Shown here: in pieces, positions 27,087 to 37,205 of the stretch | How positions within the stretch are numbered: position 1 is the first letter of the stretch | Layout of the letters: every line of letters starts with the position of its first letter | Origin: an uncultured Flavobacterium sp. | GTDB taxonomy: Bacteria; Bacteroidota; Bacteroidia; Flavobacteriales; Flavobacteriaceae | DNA length: 64,000 nt | Assembly (NCBI GenBank): GCA_964642945.1 | Contig: CAZXRX010000005.1 | Coordinates: forward strand, 12,818-76,817 | Direction: 5' to 3' | The notes under the pieces: generated by a model | The model's database searches: none | The model's input: the letters and a program-made list of their open reading frames with translations, nothing else | Told to the model about the DNA's origin: nothing | Made by a program: the position numbers and the translations under genes

Positions 27087-27946
27087 TATAAAACATTAAG
27101 TACTTGTTCTTTAATTTTTTCCAACTCATCCTTCATCATCACCACCAGTTTCTGCATTTCGGTGTGGTTGGATTTTGAACCCATTGTATTGATTTCGCGG
27201 CCCATTTCCTGGGTGATGAAACCGAGTTTACGGCCATTGGCCTCGGTTCCGGCAAGGGTTTCTATAAAATAGTTGAGGTGGTTTTCGAGCCGTACCTTTT
27301 CTTCGGTGATGTCATATTTTTCGAGGTAAAAAATCAGTTCGTGCTCAAAACGGTTTTCGTCTACGCTTACCTGAAGATCATCCAGGGCGGTGCGTAAACG
27401 CGTTTTTACGGTTTCGATGCGTTCGGCATCATACGACACGGCATTGTTCATGAGCGTCATGATGTTGGCAATGCGGTGCAGGAATTCTTTTTCAAGCGCC
27501 ACGCCTTCATCTTTCCGGAACTGGCAGATGTTTTCTATGGCTTGGTCAATCACCGTTTGTATCTGTTTCCATTCGTTTTCGTCAATCTCGTCGCGTTCGG
27601 TCTTGAGCGCATCGGGCATCCTGACGGCCATCTTCATGAGTTCGGTTTCGTCGGCATTCGGGATAACTGCTTTCATCTGGTTGATGTAGCCTTTGACAAT
27701 CGGCACGTTGATTTTGGAGGAAGTTTCTTCGCCCGTGATTTCCACATAGAGCGAAAAATCAATTTTTCCGCGTTCGAGGCGTTGTGACAACTGGTTGCGC
27801 AGGGTCAGTTCCATTTCCCTGAAAACCGAAGGCATGCGGGTGTTCAGATCCAATCCTTTGCTGTTTAATGATTTTAATTCTACGGTAATTTTTTTGGTCG
27901 GCAATTGGAGGGAAGCCTTTCCAAAACCAGTCATTGATTGTATCAT
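27086..27946 (-). CDS. yicC: YicC/YloC family endoribonuclease
   Basis: MIQSMTGFG, DITEE..RL..H and GRKL.F..QE..RE.NT.GSK; upstream of gmk. Confidence 0.92.
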   Translation of the reverse strand: MIQSMTGFGKASLQLPTKKITVELKSLNSKGLDLNTRMPSVFREMELTLRNQLSQRLERGKIDFSLYVEITGEETSSKINVPIVKGYINQMKAVIPNADETELMKMAVRMPDALKTERDEIDENEWKQIQTVIDQAIENICQFRKDEGVALEKEFLHRIANIMTLMNNAVSYDAERIETVKTRLRTALDDLQVSVDENRFEHELIFYLEKYDITEEKVRLENHLNYFIETLAGTEANGRKLGFITQEMGREINTMGSKSNHTEMQKLVVMMKDELEKIKEQVLNVL

Positions 27947-28015
27947 CCTGTTGTATTAATTGACTTCAAATATATAAAAAAGTGTTCAGTGTTTGGGCAT
28001 AAGTATTCCGGAAAG

Positions 28016-28903
28016 TTATGTGGTATGTTTCTTTTGGGTCACTAAGTAAACGCCGGTAAAAATCAGCACGGCCGAAACCAATTTGACCGGGCTTAACGCA
28101 TCTTTCTCGAGGTAAATGGCGATGAGCGTGGCAAAAAGCGGTTGCAAATAAATAAAAACGGCCACCGTGGTGGGTTTGAGTTCGCGCATCGAAAGCAAAT
28201 TGAGCAGGTAGGTCAGGAAGGTCGAAAAAACCACCACAAAACCGATTTTCCACCCAATATCCAACGGAAGCGCACGCCATTCCACAGCCTGAAATTCGTT
28301 CCATCCGAAAGGCAGCACCATCAAAAACCCGAAAGTGTAAATCCATTTCACAAACGTAAAGGCGTTGTATTTGTCCATCAGTTTTTTAACGATAATCAGG
28401 TAGAACCCATATGAAACGGCATTGATGAAAACGAGTAAATTTCCGAGGCTGGCATGGGGCGCATTGACCATCGATTTGCCGTATAATATCAGGGTGACGG
28501 TGCCGGCCAAACCCAAAACAATCCCCACTATTTTTGGTGTTTTCATGCGCTCTTTCATAATGATGGCCGACAGGATCAATACAATAATCGGTGTGGTCAC
28601 CATCAAAACGGCTCCCATGATGGGTGAGGTATAGCTCAATCCTTTAAAGAACGTCAGCATGTTGAGTGCTACCCCAAAAAAAGCGGCGGCTGCGATGCGC
28701 GGGAAATCGGCCAAGGCAATTTTTTCTTTGGGCACAAAAAACGAGACAAGCCAGAACAGCAATACCGAACCGCCCACACGGATGGTGATAAAACCAAAAG
28801 GCGCCACGTATTGTGGCATCACGTCTTTGGCAACGGTGAAGGTAATCCCGTAAATGAGCGAGACCAGGGTGGCGGCCAGCAAGGCCCAATTTCTTTTTGA
28901 CAT
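28016..28903 (-). CDS. DMT/EamA family transporter
   Basis: About 10 TM helices with duplicated EamA pattern; FIYLQP. Confidence 0.85.
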   Translation of the reverse strand: MSKRNWALLAATLVSLIYGITFTVAKDVMPQYVAPFGFITIRVGGSVLLFWLVSFFVPKEKIALADFPRIAAAAFFGVALNMLTFFKGLSYTSPIMGAVLMVTTPIIVLILSAIIMKERMKTPKIVGIVLGLAGTVTLILYGKSMVNAPHASLGNLLVFINAVSYGFYLIIVKKLMDKYNAFTFVKWIYTFGFLMVLPFGWNEFQAVEWRALPLDIGWKIGFVVVFSTFLTYLLNLLSMRELKPTTVAVFIYLQPLFATLIAIYLEKDALSPVKLVSAVLIFTGVYLVTQKKHTT

Positions 28904-29256
28904 CAGCTCAGGGCTTTGGTAACTTCCAGGATGTTTTTCTGGCTGTTGCCGATGAAAATTTTTCCGTCAATGATAAAAACCGGACGGCTCAGGAAGGTAT
29001 AGTGGTGCAGCAGGTATTTTTTGTAATCGGCTTCGGTGAGGTTTTGGTTTTTCAAATCCATCGATTTATAAAGTTGCGCCTTTTTACTGAAAAGTGCTTC
29101 ATAACTACCCGAAAGTTCGTGCATTTGCTCCAGTTCCTTTTCGGTTATGGGGTTTTGGCGGATGTCATGAAAGGCCAATTTATCAGGATTGGGTAACGAT
29201 TTGATGATTTTTCGGCAGGTGTCGCACGAAGCCAGGTAGTAGATTTTGTTTTCCAT
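28903..29256 (-). CDS. ArsC/Spx-family protein
   Basis: Y.LASCDTCRK (CxxC) and RPV motif. Confidence 0.85.
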   Translation of the reverse strand: MENKIYYLASCDTCRKIIKSLPNPDKLAFHDIRQNPITEKELEQMHELSGSYEALFSKKAQLYKSMDLKNQNLTEADYKKYLLHHYTFLSRPVFIIDGKIFIGNSQKNILEVTKALS

Positions 29257-29408
29257 CACGGTTGATTTTCTTCTGGGCAAAAGTACAATTTTGAATCCGG
29301 CCTGCGTTAAAATAAATCTAATTTAAAGCACCGCATTGGCCAAGATGGTTTTTCTGACTATTTTTACCAACCCGAAAGCACAAGGCTAAAAAGGGAAAAA
29401 ATTAAACG

Positions 29409-29846
29409 ATGAGCAGTTTTACGAAACCCATTTCCATCCGGTGGTCTGACCTTGACCCGAATTTTCACATGCGGCACAGTGCCTATTACGATTTTGGAGC
29501 CCAACACCGTATCGAGATATTGGCGCAGGGCGGCCTGACCATGGACGTGATGCGCGAACAGCATTTCGGTCCGGTGGCTTTTCGGGAAGAATGTGTGTTC
29601 CGTAAAGAAATCCACCTCGATGACGTGATTTTCATCTCCACCAAAATCGGCAAGATGCGGGCCGATGCCTCCCGCTGGACAATAGTACACGAACTTCATG
29701 ATACGGCAGGAACCATTTACGCCAAAATCAGTATTGACGGGGCCTGGATGGACACCCTGAAAAGGAAATTGGCGACCCCAACCCCAAAAATTGCCGTTGA
29801 GGTCATGAATGCCATCCCTAAAACAGACGATTTTATACTACTTTAA
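29409..29846 (+). CDS. Acyl-CoA thioesterase (4HBT hot-dog fold)
   Basis: IRWSDLDPNFHMRHSAY motif. Confidence 0.85.
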   Translation: MSSFTKPISIRWSDLDPNFHMRHSAYYDFGAQHRIEILAQGGLTMDVMREQHFGPVAFREECVFRKEIHLDDVIFISTKIGKMRADASRWTIVHELHDTAGTIYAKISIDGAWMDTLKRKLATPTPKIAVEVMNAIPKTDDFILL

Positions 29847-29855
29847 ACACCAATT

Positions 29856-30311
29856 ATGGAAGCAACCTTCAAAATCTGGGAAACCAACCGAAAAATTTAC
29901 GCCCGATTTCTCGAAAATTATACTTTGGAACAGCTCAATACCATTCCGCCGGGGTTCAGCAACAACCTGGCTTGGAACCTGGGGCACATCATCGTGGCAC
30001 AGCAAGGATTGGTATACCGGCTTTCCGGACTGCCGATGAACATTCCGATGGAATTGTATGACACCTATAAAAACGGTTCCAAGCCCACCGGAAATACGAC
30101 CCAGCAGGAAATTGACGAACTGAAAGTGCTGTTGTTTTCGCTTATGGATCAGACCAAGGAAGACTTCGCGGCAGGTAAATTCACCAGTTACAACGAATAT
30201 ACCACCGGAACGGGTTTCCATCTGGCTACGACCAAAGACGCTTTCGAATTCAACAATTACCACGAGGCAATGCACCTGGGCTTCATGATGAACATCAGGA
30301 AATTCATCTGA
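29856..30311 (+). CDS. DinB-superfamily protein (DinB_2)
   Basis: P.GF.NN..WNLGH and HEAMHLG metal-binding histidines. Confidence 0.85.
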   Translation: MEATFKIWETNRKIYARFLENYTLEQLNTIPPGFSNNLAWNLGHIIVAQQGLVYRLSGLPMNIPMELYDTYKNGSKPTGNTTQQEIDELKVLLFSLMDQTKEDFAAGKFTSYNEYTTGTGFHLATTKDAFEFNNYHEAMHLGFMMNIRKFI

Positions 30312-30354
30312 GAAAATAAAACAAAACCGTATCTTTGAAAAAAATAAATTCCCA

Positions 30355-31500
30355 ATGAAATTCAATACCAAAACCATACACGGTGGGCAACACCACGATC
30401 CCAGTACAGGCGCTGTAATGCCACCGGTTTACCAAACTTCTACCTTTGTTCAAAACAGTCCCGGGCAACCTGTAAACCCCGATTACGAATATTCGCGTGC
30501 TGCCAACCCAACCCGCACGGCACTCGAAAATGCACTGGCCAGTATCGAAAACGGTACGCGTGGGCTGGCTTTTTCTTCCGGATTGGCCGCTACCGATTGT
30601 TTGCTGCGTTCGCTTAAGGCAGGTGATGAAGTCATTGCGATGGACGACTTATATGGTGGAACATACAGAATGTTTACCCGTATTTACAAGGATTCCGGTA
30701 TCAAATTCCATTTTGTAGACATGAACGACCTGGATAAATTCCAATCGCTCATCAATGAAAATACCAAATTGGTCTGGGTAGAAACACCCACCAACCCCCT
30801 CATGAAACTGGCCGATATTGCTGAAATTGCCAAAATCACCAAAGCCAGGAACCTCCTTTTTGCGGTAGACAATACGTTTGCCACACCCTACCTTCAAAAA
30901 CCATTGGACTTGGGTGCAGACATTGTCATGCATTCAGCCACCAAATACCTGGGCGGACATTCAGACGTAATTGCCGGGGCACTTATCGTAAAAGATGCTG
31001 CCTTGGGCGAGCAGTTGCATTTCCAACAGTTTGCCACCGGAGCCACCTTAGGACCCATGGACAGCTTTTTGGTATTGCGCGGCATCAAGACTTTACACTT
31101 GCGTGTACAAAGGCATTGTGAGAACGGCATGAAAGTAGCTGAATTTTTGAGCAACCACCCCGAAGTGGCCAAAGTATTTTATCCGGGCCTGCCAGACCAT
31201 CCGTTCCACGATATTGCAAAAAAGCAAATGAGCGGTTTTGGCGGTATGGTCTCTTTCACGTTCCAATCAGGCAAAAAAGAGGCTGCTATTGCCTTTCTTG
31301 AAAAATTAAAGGTGTTCACCTTGGCAGAATCGTTGGGCGGTGTAGAATCTTTGGCCAACCATCCGGCCCTGATGACACACGCTTCCATCCCGGAAGACAA
31401 ACGCAAGGAAGTCGGTATTACTGATGATTTGGTCCGGTTGAGCGTGGGTGTGGAAGATATCGATGATTTGTTGGCCGATATCGAACAGGCTTTCAGATGA
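30355..31500 (+). CDS. Cystathionine gamma-synthase/lyase (PLP-dependent)
   Basis: YSR..NPT, ETPTNP, VDNTF, HSATKYLGGHSD and AESLGGVESL. Confidence 0.92.
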   Translation: MKFNTKTIHGGQHHDPSTGAVMPPVYQTSTFVQNSPGQPVNPDYEYSRAANPTRTALENALASIENGTRGLAFSSGLAATDCLLRSLKAGDEVIAMDDLYGGTYRMFTRIYKDSGIKFHFVDMNDLDKFQSLINENTKLVWVETPTNPLMKLADIAEIAKITKARNLLFAVDNTFATPYLQKPLDLGADIVMHSATKYLGGHSDVIAGALIVKDAALGEQLHFQQFATGATLGPMDSFLVLRGIKTLHLRVQRHCENGMKVAEFLSNHPEVAKVFYPGLPDHPFHDIAKKQMSGFGGMVSFTFQSGKKEAAIAFLEKLKVFTLAESLGGVESLANHPALMTHASIPEDKRKEVGITDDLVRLSVGVEDIDDLLADIEQAFR

Positions 31501-31512
31501 TAACAAACAAAT

Positions 31513-31543
31513 AAAAAACCCTCATCTTGAATGAGGGTTTTTT
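31513..31543. terminator. Bidirectional terminator
   Basis: AAAAAACCCTCAT-CTTGA-ATGAGGGTTTTTT between convergent genes. Confidence 0.85.
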
Positions 31544-31546
31544 ATT

Positions 31547-32341
31547 TTATCGTACACCAAGGTAATAAATGTAGCCTACATTGAGCCAGACGTTCCAGTC
31601 GTTGGCCCTGTTTTCAAGGTAAATTTCAGGGTTTGGGTTGAGTCCGTCCACCCAATTCGAAAAGTAATACTGCCATCTTAAATCAATCATCAAATCAGAC
31701 AAGTCGTTGAGCTTATAACGCGTTCCGATACTGGAAACGATTGACCAGGTTGTGCCGCCTTTGGTATCAAAAGCGTTGAGGTATTTAACAGGCGTTACGG
31801 TAGGCAAACTGCCGAGTCCGGGACCCAATTCGGAATAAGAGGTAGCTTTGTAAAAACAATACTGCCCACCCAAACTGATAAAAGGCCCCCAACTGCCGGG
31901 TCTGGCGGTAAAATCACGGATGCTGAAAGGGAAATACTCCAACTGCATCCCGATGTTGGTTACGGCAGTGCTACCCTTCATGGCCCTTAACTGGTTGGCG
32001 GTCAATGAGGTTCTTTCGGGCTTCACCCATTCGCCAAAATGTTCCAGGTCGGTTTTATTGTAAGAGATTTCACTACGGAGTTTAAAGTGGTCGTTAAAAT
32101 AGGTTTCTGGCGTATAACAGTTACATTCGGCTTTGTAGGAAAAATTGAGGTAGTGTATGAGGCCTATACCATAACCGGTGTTCCCGGCGTTGGTCGAAAA
32201 ATCATGCCTTTCGCCGTAATCCGACTGAAAAGCCACCGGGCCGACAATGACCCCGACTTCATGCGAAAAACCAAATTGCGCACTTACTTTGGTAACCAGT
32301 AAAAAGAAAAATAAGATTGGGGCGATATTTTTTCTTGTCAT
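31547..32341 (-). CDS. Outer-membrane beta-barrel protein (THC0290_0291-like)
   Basis: Signal peptide, HEVG...GPV.F.SDYG, DGLNP and terminal GYIYYL; adjacent to gdhA. Confidence 0.65.
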   Translation of the reverse strand: MTRKNIAPILFFFLLVTKVSAQFGFSHEVGVIVGPVAFQSDYGERHDFSTNAGNTGYGIGLIHYLNFSYKAECNCYTPETYFNDHFKLRSEISYNKTDLEHFGEWVKPERTSLTANQLRAMKGSTAVTNIGMQLEYFPFSIRDFTARPGSWGPFISLGGQYCFYKATSYSELGPGLGSLPTVTPVKYLNAFDTKGGTTWSIVSSIGTRYKLNDLSDLMIDLRWQYYFSNWVDGLNPNPEIYLENRANDWNVWLNVGYIYYLGVR

Positions 32342-32588
32342 AATGGATGTTATAAATCAATACAATTCTCAACAAATATATAAAAACGGCTGAAACATAA
32401 GAAAATAAAATATAAAATTACGTGCAAAAGGCCTTCTCGGTTTTAAATCGGTACAGGCAAACACAGATTATTTAACCTCCTCCTGCAAATCATACAGAAA
32501 CAAAAAAAAATTACGCCGTTATTGGTATAAAATGTATATTTGTCCGGATTTTATGAAAACGTTTTCTTAAACATTAATATTATATTTT

Positions 32589-33932
32589 ATGTCACAAAGT
32601 ATCAACACTTTTATTGATGCGGTTGCCAAAAGAAACCCTAACGAACCTGAATTCATGCAAGCCGTTAAGGAAGTAGCCGAAACAGTAATCCCTTTTATCG
32701 AAGAGAATAAAAAATACCAGGACAAAATGCTTTTGGAAAGAATGGTGGAGCCTGAAAGGGTAATCATGTTCCGTGTTACCTGGGTAGATGATGCCGGAAA
32801 TACACAAGTAAACAGGGGTTACCGTATCCAGATGAACTCTGCTATCGGACCTTACAAAGGCGGTATCCGTTTTCACCCTACGGTGAACTTGAGCATCCTT
32901 AAATTTTTGGCTTTCGAGCAAACTTTCAAAAACAGCCTTACCACTTTGCCAATGGGCGGAGGAAAAGGAGGTTCTGATTTTGACCCTAAAGGAAAATCAG
33001 ACAACGAAATCATGAAATTCTGCCAGAGCTTCATGACCGAATTGTCAAAACACATCGGTGCTGATACAGACGTTCCTGCCGGAGACATCGGAGTAGGCGG
33101 AAGGGAAGTAGGCTATATGTTCGGACAATACAAAAGGCTAAGAAACGAATTTACCGGGGTTTTGACCGGAAAAGGAATTTCCTTCGGAGGATCATTGATC
33201 CGTCCGGAAGCTACAGGTTACGGAGACGTTTATTTCGCACAAAGTATGTTGGCCACCAAAGGCGACAGCTTTGAAGGAAAAACCGTAGTGGTTTCAGGTT
33301 CCGGAAACGTAGCACAATATGCCTGCGAAAAAGCAACGCAATTGGGCGGAAAAGTAGTTACCCTTTCTGATTCTGCCGGTTACATCTACGATGCAGACGG
33401 AATCGATGCCGAAAAACTGGCCCATGTTATGCAAATCAAAAATGTAGATTACGCCCGTATCTCAGAATACACAAAAAAATATCCAAATGCCAAATACGTT
33501 GCCGGAAAACGCCCATGGGAAGTAAAATGCGACGTAGCCCTGCCTTGCGCCACCCAAAACGAGTTGGACGAAGCAGAAGCCAAAGCACTTGTGGCCAACG
33601 GTTGTATCTGTGTGGCTGAAGGTGCCAACATGCCTTCTACCCCAGAAGCTGTTGAGGTGTTCCTGAAAGCGAAAATATTGTTCGCCCCAGGAAAAGCATC
33701 CAATGCCGGTGGTGTGGCCACTTCAGGATTGGAAATGTCACAAAACTCACTCCGTTTGAGCTGGACTTCTGAAGAAGTAGACGAAAGACTTAAAAGAATC
33801 ATGCTTGACATCCACGCTTCGTGTGTAAAATACGGAACCGATGCTTCAGGTTATACCGATTACGTAAAAGGAGCCAATATTGCTGGTTTCGTTAAGGTGG
33901 CAGACGCCATGTTGGCACAAGGAATCGTATAA
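32589..33932 (+). CDS. gdhA: NADP-specific glutamate dehydrogenase
   Basis: GPYKGGIRFHP, GGGKGG, DVPAGDIG and RPEATG; promoter box at 32535-32542. Confidence 0.97.
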   Translation: MSQSINTFIDAVAKRNPNEPEFMQAVKEVAETVIPFIEENKKYQDKMLLERMVEPERVIMFRVTWVDDAGNTQVNRGYRIQMNSAIGPYKGGIRFHPTVNLSILKFLAFEQTFKNSLTTLPMGGGKGGSDFDPKGKSDNEIMKFCQSFMTELSKHIGADTDVPAGDIGVGGREVGYMFGQYKRLRNEFTGVLTGKGISFGGSLIRPEATGYGDVYFAQSMLATKGDSFEGKTVVVSGSGNVAQYACEKATQLGGKVVTLSDSAGYIYDADGIDAEKLAHVMQIKNVDYARISEYTKKYPNAKYVAGKRPWEVKCDVALPCATQNELDEAEAKALVANGCICVAEGANMPSTPEAVEVFLKAKILFAPGKASNAGGVATSGLEMSQNSLRLSWTSEEVDERLKRIMLDIHASCVKYGTDASGYTDYVKGANIAGFVKVADAMLAQGIV

Positions 33933-33952
33933 TCACGACTTTAAAACCATCT

Positions 33953-33983
33953 GAAATGCCTTCGTTTACGGAGGCATTTTTTT
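33953..33983 (+). terminator. Intrinsic terminator
   Basis: AAATGCCTTCG-TTTA-CGGAGGCATTT followed by T run. Confidence 0.8.
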
Positions 33984-34044
33984 GCCCTTATATTAAATGG
34001 CCAATTTTGGCGTTTATAGTATATTTGTGTTTCAAATTATCAAC

Positions 34045-36372
34045 ATGATGGTCAAGAAAATAATCCTTTGCCTTTTACTGTTCCCTTTAATTGCAATTGC
34101 CCAGAACAACCCGCAATGGCAAGGTTATTTTTCCTACAACCGCATCACTGATTTGTCACAGACAGCCAATGCAATTTTCGCCTCGTCTGAAAATGCGTAC
34201 TTTTCCAAAGGATTGGTGACCAATGATATTACCACGGTCAATTCGATCAATGGCCTGAAAGCTGACGAGATTACTGCTTTGTACCGAAGCGAAAACTACA
34301 ACATTACTTTTATAGGCAACAAAAATGGATTGCTTTTATTGGTAAAAAATGACGGTAGCATACTCCAAAAAAGAGGCATTATTGACGAAGTCCCGGTTTC
34401 GCCACTCATCAAAAAAATCAATCATTTCATGGAGAACGGAAACAAAATTTACATTTCCTGTGATTATGGGATTTCTGTTTTTGATATGGAAGCCATGGAG
34501 TTTGCCAACACCTATTATATGGGGCCGCTGGGGTCTTATGTCGCAGTACAGCAGACGGCCATCAACAATGGGTTTATTTATGCTGCTACCAAAGGAAACC
34601 CTGCCGGGAGTGGCATCCGCAAAGCCAATCTTTCCAACCCGTTTTTGGACGATTACACGCAGTGGGTAGATGTTTCCGGCAACGAATGGAATGGCGTCAT
34701 AAGCTTCGGCAATAACATTTATGCGATAACCAATGCCATAAGTCTGCTTAAATACGACGGCACTACGGCGACCTACCTGACCAACTTTCCGGAAGGTTTG
34801 ATTGATCTGCGCACCAACGGAAATTATTTTACCATTACCTCTGCGCACCACGTCTATGTTTACAACCAGGCCATACAGGTGGTAGCCCACGTGCAATCCA
34901 ACCAGGTAGCAGGAACACCGGCCACATTTACCTGCGCCACTATAATTGACGGCAAATTGTATATTGGCACCAACGAGCGGGGTGTGCTTAGTTCGTCACT
35001 CACCAATCCTACCAATTTTAATGAGATAAAACCCGACGGGCCCTTTTTGAATTATGTGTTCCGCGTAAGAAAATCATCCAGTGCACTTTGGGCCTTATAC
35101 GGAAGGTACAGCAGGACTTATAATCCTTTTAACCTTGATCCGCCATATGGTTTATTCCAATATCCCATCAGCAAATACACCTCCGGAAATGGCTGGAGCC
35201 TTATTCCTTATGCTGATTTATTGGGAGCGAATTCTTTATCCAGTATTGCCTTTAATCCATCCAACGAGAATGAATTGTATGTGAGTTCGTACCATGAGGG
35301 CGTTTTGAAAGTGGTTGCCGATGTGCCCACTACATTGTATACGCCATCCAATACCACGCCAGACGGTTTGCAGGTGGCTCTGGCACCCAATGAAGGCGTC
35401 AGGATCAACGGTCCGGTCTATGACAAAAACGGCAACCTTTGGGTAACCAACAATTACGTAAACAAGGCACTGAAAGTCAGGCGGGCCAGTGGTTCCTGGC
35501 AGTCGTATGATTTGTCGGCCCTTATACCCGAAACCAATCAGGAAAGTTATGGCATTCTGACGTTAGACAAAAACGGCACCAAATGGCTGCCCAGTTCCAG
35601 AAATGGCCTGATTGCCTACAATGACGAACAAAACCGTTCGATGGTTTTCAAGACACAAACCGAAGGCAATCTGCCGGATATTGATGTAAGATGCGTAACC
35701 GTAGACAACAGGAACCAGTTGTGGATAGGCACCGCCAAAGGACTCCGTATCATACAAAGTGTTGACCAGATTCTTTCTGAAGATGATGTCCAGACCAGGG
35801 CCATTATCATTGAAGAGGAAATCGACGGAGAAGTTTTGGCGCAGGAACTTTTTTACGATCAGTTCATCCTCGATATCACGGTAGATGGGGCCAACAGGAA
35901 ATGGGTTTCCATAGCCGATTCGGGTGTGTACCTGGTTTCCCCGAACGGACAGGAAACCGTGTACCATTTTACCAAGGAAAATTCCCCCTTGCCCAGCAAC
36001 AACATCAATGATATCGAAATTGACGGCACCAGTGGTGAAGTTTTCTTTGCCACAGACAAAGGCCTCGTATCCTTCAAAGGAATCGCTACCAAACCCAACG
36101 ATGACCTGAGCAATGTATATGTGTGGCCCAATCCGGTACGTCCTGAATTTACCGGTACGGTCAAAATCAGCGGCCTCACCGACAAAGCCAATGTAAAAAT
36201 TGCCGACATCGAAGGCAACCTGGTTTATGAAACCACTTCGGCCGGCGGAACCATTGAATGGGATACTTCTGCCTTTGGTAAATACCGTGTGGCTTCAGGG
36301 GTTTACATGATTTTTATCGCCACACAAGACGGCATGGACACCAAGGTCAAAAAAGTAATGATAGTGCGCTGA
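34045..36372 (+). CDS. porZ: PorZ-like beta-propeller protein with a T9SS C-terminal domain
   Basis: W..YFSY start, propeller repeats (D.NG.KW, NSPLPSN.I), VWPNPVRP...SGVY CTD; upstream of recO. Confidence 0.75.
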   Translation: MMVKKIILCLLLFPLIAIAQNNPQWQGYFSYNRITDLSQTANAIFASSENAYFSKGLVTNDITTVNSINGLKADEITALYRSENYNITFIGNKNGLLLLVKNDGSILQKRGIIDEVPVSPLIKKINHFMENGNKIYISCDYGISVFDMEAMEFANTYYMGPLGSYVAVQQTAINNGFIYAATKGNPAGSGIRKANLSNPFLDDYTQWVDVSGNEWNGVISFGNNIYAITNAISLLKYDGTTATYLTNFPEGLIDLRTNGNYFTITSAHHVYVYNQAIQVVAHVQSNQVAGTPATFTCATIIDGKLYIGTNERGVLSSSLTNPTNFNEIKPDGPFLNYVFRVRKSSSALWALYGRYSRTYNPFNLDPPYGLFQYPISKYTSGNGWSLIPYADLLGANSLSSIAFNPSNENELYVSSYHEGVLKVVADVPTTLYTPSNTTPDGLQVALAPNEGVRINGPVYDKNGNLWVTNNYVNKALKVRRASGSWQSYDLSALIPETNQESYGILTLDKNGTKWLPSSRNGLIAYNDEQNRSMVFKTQTEGNLPDIDVRCVTVDNRNQLWIGTAKGLRIIQSVDQILSEDDVQTRAIIIEEEIDGEVLAQELFYDQFILDITVDGANRKWVSIADSGVYLVSPNGQETVYHFTKENSPLPSNNINDIEIDGTSGEVFFATDKGLVSFKGIATKPNDDLSNVYVWPNPVRPEFTGTVKISGLTDKANVKIADIEGNLVYETTSAGGTIEWDTSAFGKYRVASGVYMIFIATQDGMDTKVKKVMIVR

Positions 36373-37085
36373 TGCTGGTCAAAACCAAAGCTATTGTCCT
36401 GTCGGCACTGAAATACCAGGAAAAAAGCCTGATTGTGAAGTGTTTCACAGAATCGGACGGACTCAAAAGTTATTTCGTTCCGAGTGCGCATTCCACCAGG
36501 AAATCAAACCAGAAAATAGCTTATTTCCAACCCCTGACCCTGCTGGAAATTGAAGCCAGCCATAAAAACAAAGGGACGCTTGAACACTTCAGGGAAATCA
36601 AACTTTCCGCCGCTTATCAAACCATCCATACCGACATCGTCAAAAGTACCATCGTGATTTTCCTGTCGGAAATGCTCCACCACAGCATCCGCGAAGAAGA
36701 GAAGAACCAAGACCTGTTTACCTTTCTCGAAACCGCCCTGCTTTGGCTCGACACGCACCAGCAAACGACCAATTTCCATTTGATTTTATTGCTTCAGGTG
36801 ACCAAATTTTTGGGTTTTTATCCCGACACCACAGAAAATGACTTACCCTATTTTGAAATGAATGAGGGCATTTTTACCCCATTACACGGCATCAGCTGTC
36901 TGTCTGACCATGAAACCCATCTTTTCAGGAAATTGCTCGGCCTCAAATTTGACAGCGAACAAAAAACTTTCTCCGGCAACGAAAGGCAAATCCTGCTCAA
37001 AATTATCCTGGACTACTACACCATCCACCTGCATGGGTTTAAAAAACCCAAATCGCTGGAGGTTTTGAAAGCCGTTTTTGCCTAA
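36372..37085 (+). CDS. recO: DNA repair protein RecO
   Basis: KTKAIVL...KY.E...I...FT...G, FQPL, LGFYP and KSLEVL. Confidence 0.9.
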   Translation: MLVKTKAIVLSALKYQEKSLIVKCFTESDGLKSYFVPSAHSTRKSNQKIAYFQPLTLLEIEASHKNKGTLEHFREIKLSAAYQTIHTDIVKSTIVIFLSEMLHHSIREEEKNQDLFTFLETALLWLDTHQQTTNFHLILLLQVTKFLGFYPDTTENDLPYFEMNEGIFTPLHGISCLSDHETHLFRKLLGLKFDSEQKTFSGNERQILLKIILDYYTIHLHGFKKPKSLEVLKAVFA

Positions 37086-37205
37086 AAAGCAAAAAAACAT
37101 TCCCCTTGCTGTAATTTCGGCAAAAGTCCATTCTCTTTTTGCTATTTTCTATTCTCTTTTCCCAAAATTCCTTACTTTCGCAGACTGATTTAAGCATCCG
37201 ACAAA

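Noticed and set aside
31547..32341. Second glutamate dehydrogenase next to gdhA
   Set aside because: It has a signal peptide and beta-barrel pattern and no dehydrogenase motifs.
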